Origin: Cycas panzhihuaensis
Taxonomy: Eukaryota; Plantae; Cycadophyta
Direction of reading: 5' to 3'
NCBI GenBank assembly: GCA_023213395.1
Contig: CM041465.1
Span: 192,083,741 to 192,147,740 of the forward strand
Length of the DNA stretch: 64,000 nt
How positions within the stretch are numbered: position 1 is the first letter of the stretch; each line of letters begins with the position of its first letter. Under the pieces are notes generated by a model, which searched no databases, was not told the DNA's origin, and saw only the letters and a program-made list of their open reading frames with translations. Positions 44,400 to 56,600 of the stretch are shown here, piece after piece. Made by a program: the position numbers and the translations under genes.

Positions 44400-44523
44400 T
44401 GGTATCAGAGCTTAATCTAGCTCCATTTTATTTCCTTCATTTGGTATCAGAGCTACTTGGGCTTCCATTATTTTCCTACATTTGGTATTATAGAGCACTT
44501 CGAGCTACATTATTTTTCCTTTA
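44400..44523 (+). repeat. Three PBS-containing units inside the 3' LTR
   Basis: TGGTATCAGAGC at 44400 and 44442, TGGTATTATAGAGC at 44483; spacers match those of the 5' LTR in the same order. Confidence 0.93.
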
Positions 44524-46189
44524 GACCCCCTCCTTTAAATTCTTCACTTTGGTTATTATCGAGAGGATTTATAAGATCTAATGAAGGATATTATCTATCG
44601 AGCACTCCTATAAGTATCATTATGTTATGCCTCCCTAAACATCATAGACCTTAAAGTATTATCCATATGTATACCAAACTATTACAATTGACATTTTATA
44701 GGCAAAAATGGTTGTAACTAGCATGTTGTGATTTGCAATAAATATCAACAAGTGACAACCATACCAAGAGGGAAAAACCTATAAGAATTTAGTATTTTAC
44801 TTTGATGCCATATTATAATGTACTCATTATGTATAATGATTTAATCATATAATATCATGAGGAATGTACACAAATCATGTATTGTAAGATTCACATATAA
44901 AGTAATAACATGAAATATAAAGCATAAGCATCACAAAGTATGCACCATAAGAGAGGTAATAATTTTATACGTGAAAAACCCAGTGTGGAAAAACCATGGG
45001 AGAAGGTTGGAGTTGGGAGCTTCTCTGAATAATATCAAATGAATTACATCTTCTTTCTCAAGTTTTCAAGTGATATAGATACATATTTATAGCACATGTC
45101 ACCTCTTGAATACCTTATTATATCTCTTGAGCCATTTCATCATCTAATAGGATATATATATAAATAGTCTTGTATATCACATATATCAATACTTTTGGTG
45201 AGTGAAATTTTGTGTGGGTCTACAATAATACATTAAACATTATATATGTAAAATTACCATATATTCTAATACTTCCCCCTAATATTTAATATCTTTAATT
45301 TACAATCTTCAAGTCTTCATCCTTGGTCTTCAATGTTTTTATGTCTTTCCATATATATTAGAATTTGTAAACCTATATCTGTATCAAGTTGAATAACTAA
45401 ATAAACTTGTATTACTTATAACCTATAAATCTATTAACATCATGCTTATTTCTTATAAGTAATTAACCTATAATTAGTAATCAACCTATAGTCATATATA
45501 ATCATCAGTGACTAATTATGAGCAACCAACCTGTAAATCCTGTTTACCAAACTATGCACACCTTTTACTAACTATCTTAACATGCAATAATTCGTAAAGA
45601 AAAAGACGCACATTGGTGAGAACATTAAGAATTGTTATTCATGACAAAGACACTGGTCCTCTCACAACTAGATGCATGCCAGAACAATTACACCTGGCTG
45701 TCCCAACGTGGGTCCAGTCCAGGCCAATCGGATGTCAAGAAAATACACACACACCCTTACATGTCTTGATTCTCAGTTTTATGTGAGATAGATGTATAGT
45801 TATATAACGATTTCAAAAACTGTTGTCCTAACTGATTCGCCGCTACCCATGCCGCCTATGGTCTGCCCGCTGACCGAATTACCTACGGTCCGTCTGAGTT
45901 GCAGTCGCCACTTCACCGTTACAATCACAACCATAGTTACAGTTGCGGCTATGGCACCGATAGTCACAGTAGTCACAGTTGCTATAGCAATGGATGTAGT
46001 CGCAGTAGCAACAACAACTGCAGTCGCAATCGCAGCAGCAACAATCGTAGTAGTAGCAGATACAGTAATAGTCACAGCCCCATCAGTAATAGTCATCGTA
46101 GTTACAGCCATTCCTTCAAAAGTGGCTATTAACCAGCACACATCTTCTCGGTCGCCCCTTTTGAATGAGTAGCATACTCGTTCACAAAA

Positions 46190-47900
46190 AATTTCTGATT
46201 ACTCTATTTAATTTCATCTTTGAGCCTCCTTAATTTTCATTCTTTCCCTTCGTATATATTCCATCTCTGGTTTTTCTATATGAGGAGGCATTTTCAATCC
46301 ATTTCATCATAGATATTTATATAGCATAGCCACATCTTGCATAGTGTCCAACAGTGCTAAGGTTGGTTTTTCCCCTGATTGTAGCTGATCAATTTCTTGA
46401 TTGAGCTCAATATTAACTCTTTCTATTAACTCTAAATGATCTCTGTATGCATTACATTCTTTCCATAGATTTTCGCCGTCTTTGTTTCTTAAATGCCTTT
46501 ATGATCTATGCTCCCAGCTAATGATAAACTGGCTGCATATCTGCTAGAATGTATTTATCAAATCTTCTTTTAAATTCTTCCACCTTCAGTCTGACCTCAT
46601 TTATGTCGTCCACCCAATCCATTATAAACTTTTTTAAGGATTCCAACTTCTCCTTTGTAATTTGATGAATCCGTTTTAGGGATTCCTCTGGTGGCTTTGC
46701 CCCTACTTTCCAGTTCTGTAACCAACTGCCTGGTTACTTTTGCTAAAAATGTTGTCTTCCAATTTGTTATATCCTGGGCGCCGCACTCCATTAGGTCTAA
46801 TCCTTCTTCTAAAATTTCCTTGTATACATTAAACTCTACTTTAGGTGGCTGATTATTTAACTTTTTTATTATTTCCTTCTTCCTTTTTTCTTGAGCCAAC
46901 CTTCTTCTTTTCTGTCTTTGTTCTTCATCTTCTATTATTATTGTTTCCTCAACTCTTTCTTCTCCTCCTTCCTCCTCCATTGGTTATGATTTCGGAACCT
47001 TGAGTCCTTCTCTTCTTGGCCGGCTCCTTTCCCCCAGTTCACCTTTTCTTTTCCTTTCTGAGTCATGTACTGCTGTATTCCTGGCATTACTTGATGCATT
47101 TAATATAATTTCTGTATCCAGCATTGAACCTGTCCCTGTTCTTTCTCCTAGTCCTCTCCGCTGTCATCCGTTTAACAAGCCAATGGTGATTGTTCCCTAT
47201 TACCCTTCGGCATGCTGATTTCTGGACACTGAAATAGTAGCAACCCTTGGAGGATAGTTACATAATAAAAGGGAACAGTCTTACTAGATTCCAGAATTGC
47301 CTGCAGACTTATCTATATCTTTTCTTTTGCAAACTTTACCCAGTTTAAAACTCTTCCTTGGGCAACCTGATTCACCATTGTTCTTAGATTACTAGGTACA
47401 AACACGCTCTTCTGAGTAAGCACAATTTTGGTAAAAATAAAATGTGCTATAAAATGATTTTCTAGAGCTCGTATCCCTGCTATCCTTATACCTGACGTAG
47501 AAGCGTCTTTTTTTCCTGCCCTAATAATTCTTGCCGCTTCTTCCCTAGATATCAAAGTATCTCTGCAGATTTCTACACCTTCTTTTGGAAGTCCTATTAC
47601 CGCTGCTATCACCTCCTCTGAGATCTGTATCATCTTCAGATATTTGGCTAATAATGGAAGCATTATCTATAAGAACTTTTCTGCATTAGGCAGAATTCTG
47701 ACCATGATAAATTTCTGCAATTCCACTTTTATAATAAGCTTTCTTCTTTCATCATCTTCTCTCATAGTTTGCCATTCTGCCCGTATCCTAAAATCATCAT
47801 TTTCTTTAATTACTAATATCTGTGGTATTTTCCTTGTACCTGCTATTCTTGTGAATTCTTTCTCAATTCTGGTCTTCTGGAATCTTTCATCACTACTGCA
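46190..47900 (-). pseudogene. Extra sense-strand ORF between integrase and 3' LTR (env-position ORF, function unknown)
   Basis: ORFs 47313-47663 and 46597-46980 extend through single stops by manual translation; ISEEVIAAVIGLP..G...G..LNW..F pattern followed by a charged coiled-coil-like region. Confidence 0.65.
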
Positions 47901-48436
47901 AACGTTACTGTTATTTCTACAAGCTCAATTTTATGCAATGCGACTGCTTCTACAATCGTTGTTGCTACCTCTGTGACTGTTACTGTTGTCTCTGCAACCT
48001 TCACTACTGTCTCTGCAACCTTCGTTGCTGTCTCTCAATTTGATCCGTCTCCTGTTTCTACAGCTTCAATTCTGTCCGTTCCTTCTGTTTGTACCTTCCC
48101 TATTTCCTTTCCATACAATGCCATTATTCTTCCTCCCTTGTCATATAAATTCTGAATTCCATGGGCTGTTTCACGCCGTTGTTTTGCAATTCCGGTTGTT
48201 TCACATCCTTCTCTTTCCATGTGCCGTACTGCATGTCCTTTCATCATAACTAAGCAGTTATGGAAGATAGTTGTACGTCCCATCCGCACTTTCCACACTT
48301 TTCTTAATCATTCCTGATTAAGACAATTGCGGTTAGGCACACCTTCTTACGTGCTCATATGGTCCATCAGTCAGGATGATTGTTCCTTAGTTCAATAATG
48401 TTCTCACTTTTTTTTTTTTTTTTTTTTTGTATAATT

Positions 48437-51400
48437 TTAACCTACTAATTTAGTTAATGGCTGTCCATCTAATTGTTGTAATTTAATGGCTCCATTATCA
48501 TGAATATAATAAATTCTATATGGACCTAGCCATCGTATTTTCATTTTACCTGGTTTAAACTTGAATTTACTATCATATAATAATACCAAATCATTTACCT
48601 TGAAGTCGAGTATTTTAAGGTGGCGGTCATGCCATGCCTTCCGCCTTTTCTTTTCCACTTTTATCTCCCACAATGCTCGTGCTCTAGTCTCGTCCAGCTT
48701 CATTAGTTGAATTAGTCTTTGATCATATGACATTTCTTGGTCTGCCCTGAGATGTTGAGCCACTCTCAAGCTTTCCGCTTAAAATTCTAAGGGAACCACA
48801 GCTTCCAATCCATAAACTAGTGAAATAGGGTCATTTTGTACGATCATTTCTTCATCGTTCGATCTACCCATAGGACTAAATGCAATTTTTCTGCCCAATC
48901 AGTTCGTTGTCCATTGCAAATCTTTATCAAGGCAATCTTCAGGATTTTATTTATACTTTCTACTTGACCATTTGCTCTAGGATAATATGGCAAAGATTTT
49001 CCATGTTGAATCAAAAATTCCATGGTCATGTATTTGATCGTCTGATTTAAAAAAGTGCTTCCTTGATCTGATACAATTTCCAAGGGACATCCGAATCTTA
49101 TTATGATAACTTCATATAAGAAACATGTTGTACTTCTTGCATCACATTTCTTCATTGGTTTAGCCTCAGTCCATTTAGTCAAGAAATCTGTGGCCACCAA
49201 TATATATCTCGCATTTATCCTTCTGGCTGGAGGACTAATTGGTCCTACAAAATCCAATCCCCATTTTTCAAATGGAGCTTGGGCTATTATAGGATGAAGA
49301 GGCATAAAATTCTGCTTTGATGGCTTCCCTGCTCATTGACAGATATCATAGGTTCTTACCCACTTTTCAGCATCTTCAAATAGTGTTGGCCACCACAACC
49401 CTACGGTCAATATTTTTCTTACTATGGCTTCTCCTCCATGATGGGATAAGGCTATCCCTTCATGGGCTTCCCTTAAGATTGGCTTTACTTCATGTTAGAG
49501 TATACATCTCCGTAAAACTTCATCAGGTCCCAACTTATATAACATACCACCTATCAATTGGAATGGAAAGGTTTTTCTAATAAAACTTCTCATTTCTGCC
49601 TTTTCCAAACCTTGAGGTGTTTATCCTGTTGCTAGATACTCTACAACTCCCTTGTACCAAGCTGGAATGGCTTCAACTGAGAATAATTTATGATCTGGAA
49701 AGTCATCAAGCACTCCTTCACCTGACTCTCATTCTTTTATTCTAGACAACTAATCTGGTATAACATGTTTTTCTCCTTTCTTGACTACAATCTTGAACAT
49801 AAATTCTTGGAACAGCATTAGCCAGCGACTAATCCTTCCCTACAAGATTGGTTTATTGACTAAATATTGCAAAGCCTGATGATCTACAAAAAACACAAAA
49901 GGATTTGCCAACAAATAATGTTGAAATTTCTGCAAGGCATACACCATGCCTAGTCCTTCACGTTCTATAACTGTGTAGTTATGTTCTGCAGATGACAATT
50001 TCCTGCTGAAAAAAATAATAGGGAGATCAATTTTCTCGTTTGTTGGCTAAGCCAACACACAGCCGATGGTATATAGTGATGCATCCACATGTACATGGAA
50101 TGATTTGTTCCAATCTGGAAACTTGAGCACAAGGGCTTCCACTATCTTTTTCTTCAAAGCATCAAAAGATAGTTGTTGTCGCATCATCCACTCCCATTTG
50201 ATCATTTTTTTCAGCAAGGATTCTAAGGGATAGGCTATCTGAGCATACCCTTTTATGAATTTTTGATAATATCCAGTCATACCCAAAAAACCTTTTAACT
50301 TCTTCGGGTTCTAAGGTGCTGGAAACTTCAGAATTACTTCCATCTTGGTCGGGTCTATCATCAATCCTTCCTTGGAGACAATGTGTCCTAACAAGGATCC
50401 AAATGGTACCATAAAGGTACATTTATATGGGTTTAGGCACGATCTATGTTCCCTGTATAATTCCAGCATTAACTTTAGTTGGAGCAGGTGATCTTGTAAT
50501 TGACTATACAAAGTCCATTCATCCAGAAACACCTCAATTGCTTTCCCTAGCAACTTCTTGAAGATTTTTAAAATAATCCTCTGGAATGTTGCAGGAGCAT
50601 TTATCAGCCTAAATGGCATGACCCTATATGCATAAGTACCCCATTATGTAATGAATGTTGGCTTCAATTGATCTTCTGCTGCAATATGGACTTGGTTGTA
50701 TCCACTGAAACCATCTGTGAATGAAAAACTTTCATGCCCTGCTACCTTCTTCAACACATCTTCTATGAAGGGAATAGGGAATGGATCTTTTTTTGTGGCT
50801 TTATTTAAAGCCCTATAATCCATGCAAATACGGAGTTTCCCATCTTTCTTCGGTACCACCACTACTGGGCTGACCCATTCACTGTTTTCTACTTCGAAAA
50901 TATAACTAGCTTTTAACAACTTATCCAACTCCATTTTCACTTGTTCTTTATAGTGTGGGTTCATCCTGTAAGGTCTTTGCCTTACTGGTCTTACATTTTC
51001 CATTAACTCTATTTTGTGTTCACCCACTTCTAGAGGGATTCCCTTCAGATCCTTATAGGACCATACAAAAACATCTTTAAATTCCAAAAAAATCGATGTT
51101 GCTTTTTGCATTATTTTGGGCTCCCAATAATCACCTATTTGTATCCATTTTGGACTTCCTTCCATTCCAACATTAATGGATTTGAGTTGGAGTTTTCTCC
51201 CTTGTATTGTTTTCCCATCTGAATTCAATTCATAGGCCGGTGTTTCATAAATTTTCTTATATCCATATTCTATAACAGAATATGTTTGGGGAAAATTTCT
51301 TACTACTTCTTGATTTGACTGATAACTATTTTCCCTTTCTACAAAGGAGACATTCTTTTGTTTAATCAACTCATTTATTTTTGCCACGTTACTAGACAAT

Positions 51401-52311
51401 TCATACAGACAATTGTGTTGAATTTTATTACAAGAGGAAGTTACAACATTTTCTTTGGAATCTTCTATTGCAAAGTTACCTTTTCTACTTGGTCGAATTT
51501 CATCTGGACATAACTCCATAAGATAACATCTTAAGGATTTTTCTCCCGTTTCCTCCCAAGCAGACTACAACCAATCCAGCAAATATGTAGATAAAGCCTC
51601 GCTTGCCATTTGTGGAGGGGTCTTCAGGGCTTGGAATGCCATTTCCATATAAGGACTTACTATTGTAGCTACTGATGCAGTTGTCGAGGACAATCTATCA
51701 TCATCTTCTACTTTTTCAATCTATGGTCCATCTGAGCAAAGAGGCAATACGACTTTCTTTCCTGCCGAATATAAAGTGAAAGTCAGCTTTCCTCAATCTT
51801 GCAAGGCCTCTGTTGCCAACAACCATGGTCATCCTAGGAGTGTAGGATATGTTTTATTATGATCCTGCATTCTTACAACTGCAAAGTCTAAGCAAACCGT
51901 AATTCCTACCACTGTTACTGGGATATTCAGTAAAGATCCCATTGGTTGAACTTGCAACTGGTTGGCTAATCGTATTGCATAGTCTAGGGAAACCAATTTT
52001 GGTTGTCCCAATGAAATCCATATAGATTCAGGAAGCACACTTACTCTTGATCCTCCATTCACTACTGTTTTATATATCATTGTTCCAAACAAAATCATTG
52101 GAACTCTTGGATCAATTACATCCATTTTTGTAGTTTGTAACACTAATTTTTCCATGTAATCTACAAAATAACCAGCTTCCCACCATTTAAAGATAATGAT
52201 TACAGGAATAGATATACCTAATTCCATTAATAATTCTTTTATCTCTTGCAATTTTTGCCACAGATTTTTTTCCAATTGCTCTTCAAATGCTGGTGGTCGC
52301 CTTTCATACAC
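48437..52311 (-). pseudogene. Gypsy pol (PR, RT, RNase H, integrase) with scattered stops
   Basis: VNGGSRVSVL, WVSPVVVVPKKDGKLRICMDYR, TDGFSGYNQV, VFLDEW, HVDAS, PFEKWGLDFVGPI, YYPRANGQVES, WLGPYRI. Confidence 0.95.
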
Positions 52312-52539
52312 TTGTCCTTTAAATCAATTTACTTGTTCCAATTCCTCTATCTACACTGTCCTTGTAGCTTCTTGTATGGCTCTAACAGCCCCCTGTCATC
52401 TTTCTTTCTCCACAGCTGCATCCAGAAAATTACTACTACTTGCTGTGTCTACCATCTTTCTGCTTCTTGTTTGAATATATACTAGCTTCTTCTTATCTGG
52501 AATTTTTATAGCCAGATTTGAAGTTTGTATTTTCAGGCG

Positions 52540-53616
52540 AGAGTTCTTTGGGCAATTTGCCCATTCATGATCTGTCAGCCTATATTCCTCACAAATATAA
52601 TCTTTCCCTTGCTTTTGCAGTGGACAGTCTATTTTGAAATGTCCCCATCTTGAACACAGATGATAGCGGACTGGCTTCGTCTTTCCTTTATATTGTTTGA
52701 AAGAAGGATTTTCTTTCTTTTGATAAAAGGATTCCTTTACTGGATTTCTGTGGTAACATTCCCACGTACAGTGGTTTCCTCTTTTATAAATTTTGCACCA
52801 TTTCTTTTCCGTATGCTAATGTTCATTCCTAAAGTGGCCTGGTTGTCCACACGAAGGGGGGCACCATATATTTTCTTTGGATTTCCCCATTTTCAACTTG
52901 GCTATCTCCGTTCTTAATTTTTTAATTTCTTCATCTCACTGATTTGATTCAGCAGGTATTCCAGAAGATTGCTATTTCAACAATTCTACTTCTTTTTTTA
53001 AGGCTTTGATTTCTGGTTTTGTGGTTCCCAGGGGTAGAAACATCTGCCCAAAATTTTGGGTTCCATTCTGTAGTTGTGCTGTCCGCATTTGATTTTCGAA
53101 GCGTAATGCTAATTCCTTAACTTGCTCATAATTATTTAGGAGATGAAACATGATTTTTTCTTTTAAATGAGGCAGTAATCCTTACACAAAATATTTTAGT
53201 GACAACATTGGATTCATTGCCATAAGGGGGTCCATTTTATTAAAAATGATTTTCAGTCTTCCATCAAAATCATTAACGGACTCACCTAGTATCTGTCTGA
53301 TTTCTTCCAGAGCTTGGAATATCGACATTGGATCTCTGAGCCGTTGAAATCTTTCTAGGAATTGTGTCTGGAATACTTCCCACATGGGATTCATCTTTGC
53401 TACATATTGATACCAGGCAATTGCTGTTCCTCGCAATGTAGGAAAAAATCTTGCTTTTATTTCCTCTAGATCTTTAATCTTTTTGATTTTCAACATGTTG
53501 GAGAATAAAGCTAAATGATCTCCAGGATCTCTAGAGCCGTCAAATTGTAAATGCTTGAACATGGTATCATTCTGAACTATGACGTATGGGGAAATTGTTT
53601 GGTTTCCTCCTCCCAT
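52540..53616 (-). pseudogene. Gypsy gag with Zn-knuckle remnants
   Basis: FDGSRDPGDHL...FFPTLRGTAIAWY...EEIRQILGESVNDF; CSRWGHFKIDCP (~52620-52660). Confidence 0.85.
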
Positions 53617-56600
53617 CCCATTGCCTTACGCCATATTCTTCAGGCCTGTAGATTCTGGTCCAGTTATATTCAACTCTCCTTCACTCATTTCTTGCCTCAA
53701 AATTGTGCTTTCTGGGCTTTCTTCCATGAATGATGAACCTGAAAAGATCTGAGTCATTCTATACAATGGATTTAATACATGGGAATGTATTTCTTTTACC
53801 TCCAGTATTTAACAGTCCCACCCTGCTGTGGTTGTACTGTATATCTCCAAATTAATTATCTTTCCTTCTTCTATAACTGTCTGTTCTTTTACAGATTCTA
53901 GCAATTCATTTTCCTGGTTCTCTTCTCGTTCTGATGATGAATCCTCAGGTTGTGATAGGTTTCCTTAATCTTCTTCAAGTTCCAACCTTTCTTCTTCAAT
54001 TCTTTTTTGGCTCCAATCTCGGTGGTTTTTGCCAAATTGAAATTCATCTTCTTTCAACTTTTTCTTTTGCAACTGTTCATCTTCCTTGAAATTTAATTCT
54101 TACTAGTTTATAGGCTCTGAATTCTACTAAATTTCCAGCCAATTCTCATCTTCTTCTAGGCTTAAACCTCGATGGTTTATTTATGCTTCACCCTACTGAT
54201 TCCTCAATAGGTTCCCCTCTTCCTTTTCAATGTCCTGAAAGCATTTCTGTATAGAATTATAGTTTTCTTCAGAGATTTCCTACTATTTCTGCTTCAACTG
54301 AGTCTCTTCGCATTTCTGAAAATCATTTTCTTCCTCTTGACTGAATATCTCCTGTCTTGGCTTTGCTTTCTCCTCTAAGGTCTTTTTTATAGTCTTCTTT
54401 CCTTTCTCTAGCTGTCCTTTGTCCTCCTGGGCTTCTTTCTCTCTACCACGTCCAACGCCTGTAAGTGAGGTCTGGCTTTCTTCCTGCCGCCCCTTCCCCA
54501 CTGACTTCTTCATCGGTTTTCTCTCTACCGGTTCCCTGGGTCTACGCGTGCCTTCCTGGCTTCTTTCCGCGTCCTAGCATCAGCTTCGTTCTTCCCTTGA
54601 CTCAGCCTTTCTCAACAAGTCAGCCCTAGGTGGCATGGACAGCTTTTGACCTCAGCATCTCATTCTTCCTTGGTTAGGAAAAAATAGCAATGAAACCAAG
54701 ATGTGCGCGCCTATTACTAACTGTCTTAACATGCAATAATTCGTAAAGAAAAAGATGTATATTTGTGAGAACATTAAGAGCTGTTATTCATGACAAAGGC
54801 ACTACGTCTGGTCCTCTCACAACCAGACGCATGCTGGAACAATTACAACTGGTTGTCCCAACGTGGGTCCAGCCCAGGCTAATCAGATGTCAAGAAAATA
54901 CACACACACCCTTATATGTCTTGATTTTCAGTTTTATGTGAGACAGATGTACAGTTACATAACGGTTTCAAAAACTGTTGTCCTAACTGATTCGCTGCTG
55001 CCCGTGCCACCCATGGTCTGCCTGTTGACCGAATTACCCACGGTCCGTCTGAGTTGCAACTACCACTTCACTGTTGAAGTCACAACCACAATTATAATTG
55101 TGACTACAGCATTGGCAGTTGTAGTAGTCACAGTCGTTACAGCAACAGACGTAGTCGTAGTAGCAGCAACAACCATAGTCGCAATTGCGAAGACAATCAT
55201 AGCGATAACGGTCATCATAGCGAGAAATTGATCAACGTAGTTCTGACCATTCCTCTAATTCCTCTAAAAGTGGTTGTTAACCAGTATACACAAACATCAA
55301 TCAACCAAATAATCAATCTTAATTTTATAACTTTTACTTGTCATATTTATATGAAGTTTTCTCATCTCAATAATTTTATATCTTTATCTATAAAGTTGTA
55401 AATATTAACATGTCAACACTATCAATCTATCATCTAAATAATCTCATTAATAAAATAGTTAATAATATCCATATAAAATAGCAACTATCCATTGAAATAC
55501 ATGGGTAACCAACCATTGTAATTACTAGTTCTATAGAATATGTCTTATGAGATTTTATGCTACTCTTATAACAACATTTTACCTATTAAAATCTATATCA
55601 TCTAATCTTTGAAATATGTCTTGTGACCACTCATTTTGACTATCTCAAAATTCTCTTTCTAATGTAATTGATAGTTAAAAAATTAGACATTTCAATGAAG
55701 AGTTGTAACTAAAAATATGACAATATATCCTAAAAAAATGTGAAGTCCTTAAGAAATAATGTTTAATCCCTTTTCGGCTAGGTTGTTAGTTGTGCGACGT
55801 GCTCCATGTGATTGTCCACTTAAGTTGAGGGGATTAACGAATCTCAAATTATATCTAATTTGATTAAATCCATTTCTGACTTTACAAAAAAAAAAAATCA
55901 ATTTAGTTTATTATCCTACACATATAAATTTTGGTCAAACCTCTATTGACCATCTTTTTTTTCTATAAAATTTATGGTGATTTGAATCTTTCTCTGATGA
56001 ACGAAGAACAAAGGCATGATTTCAATGATGTTAATCTTAGTGTAGTATAGTTCTTCACAAAATGAGACTAAAAAATGCATATACAAAGGGTATTTGATAA
56101 TTATGGTATAATGCAGATGATAGCTAGTGACTAGCATATTGTTCCTTCAGCTGTATCTGAGCAGGTACATTCCTCTAGTGGTATCTTTAGACATTGATGT
56201 ATTTAATTTTAGAGCCATAGGCATTCTTCATATAGAGATTAGATTTTTCACATAGGTGTAGATAAAAATCACTACAACATATAGGAGGATTTAATTAAAG
56301 GGCACAATAGTTAGACAAGCATACGATGGTCACATCTCCATGTAGAAGGGATAATCTTCACACTTAATAGGGCAAACAATATCGTGGTTATTGCATAGAT
56401 CAAATATCTTTCAACATTGTGCCCAACCCTCAACGATGGATGTCTAGAAGATACTCTATAAGTGGCATTACCTGCACTCAAAGGTTAGGGTTAATGTCAA
56501 TTTAGTCTAGTCATGAAATGGTGGATTTAATTCTTTACTAATGAATATAGTAGGTATGGATAGCGATGGTAATAACATTTCTTATTATTATGGTATTCAT

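Larger units (their letters stand above)
39696..44523 (+). mobile_element. Non-autonomous gag-only Copia derivative (TR-GAG-like); LTRs 39696-40219 and 43997-44523; TSD GACCC
   Basis: GACCC at 39691-39695 and 44524-44528; ~525 bp direct repeats; PBS TGGTATCGGAGC 40222-40233; PPT ATTAAAGGGGAGAA 43983-43996; no pol motifs seen. Confidence 0.92.
45553..55290 (-). mobile_element. Full-length Athila-like (non-chromovirus) Ty3/Gypsy; LTRs 45553-46142 and 54702-55290; TSD CAAAC
   Basis: CAAAC at 45548-45552 and 55291-55295; ~590 bp LTR pair; purine-rich tract on the minus strand 46143-46165; gag, PR, RT, RNase H and INT in order. Confidence 0.94.

Noticed and set aside
45792-46172. Hydrophobic T/V/A-rich ORF as a host membrane or antifreeze protein
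   Set aside because: It lies inside an LTR and is explained by a stop-poor triplet repeat open in several frames.
46597-46980. Captured host coiled-coil gene
   Set aside because: No introns or recognisable host motif; continuous with the element's own 3' ORF.
48408-48428. Poly(T) as a SINE/LINE tail
   Set aside because: It sits just after the integrase stop with no TSD or separate element body.
47644-49580. Several + strand ORFs
   Set aside because: Antisense shadows of minus-strand retroelement coding sequence.
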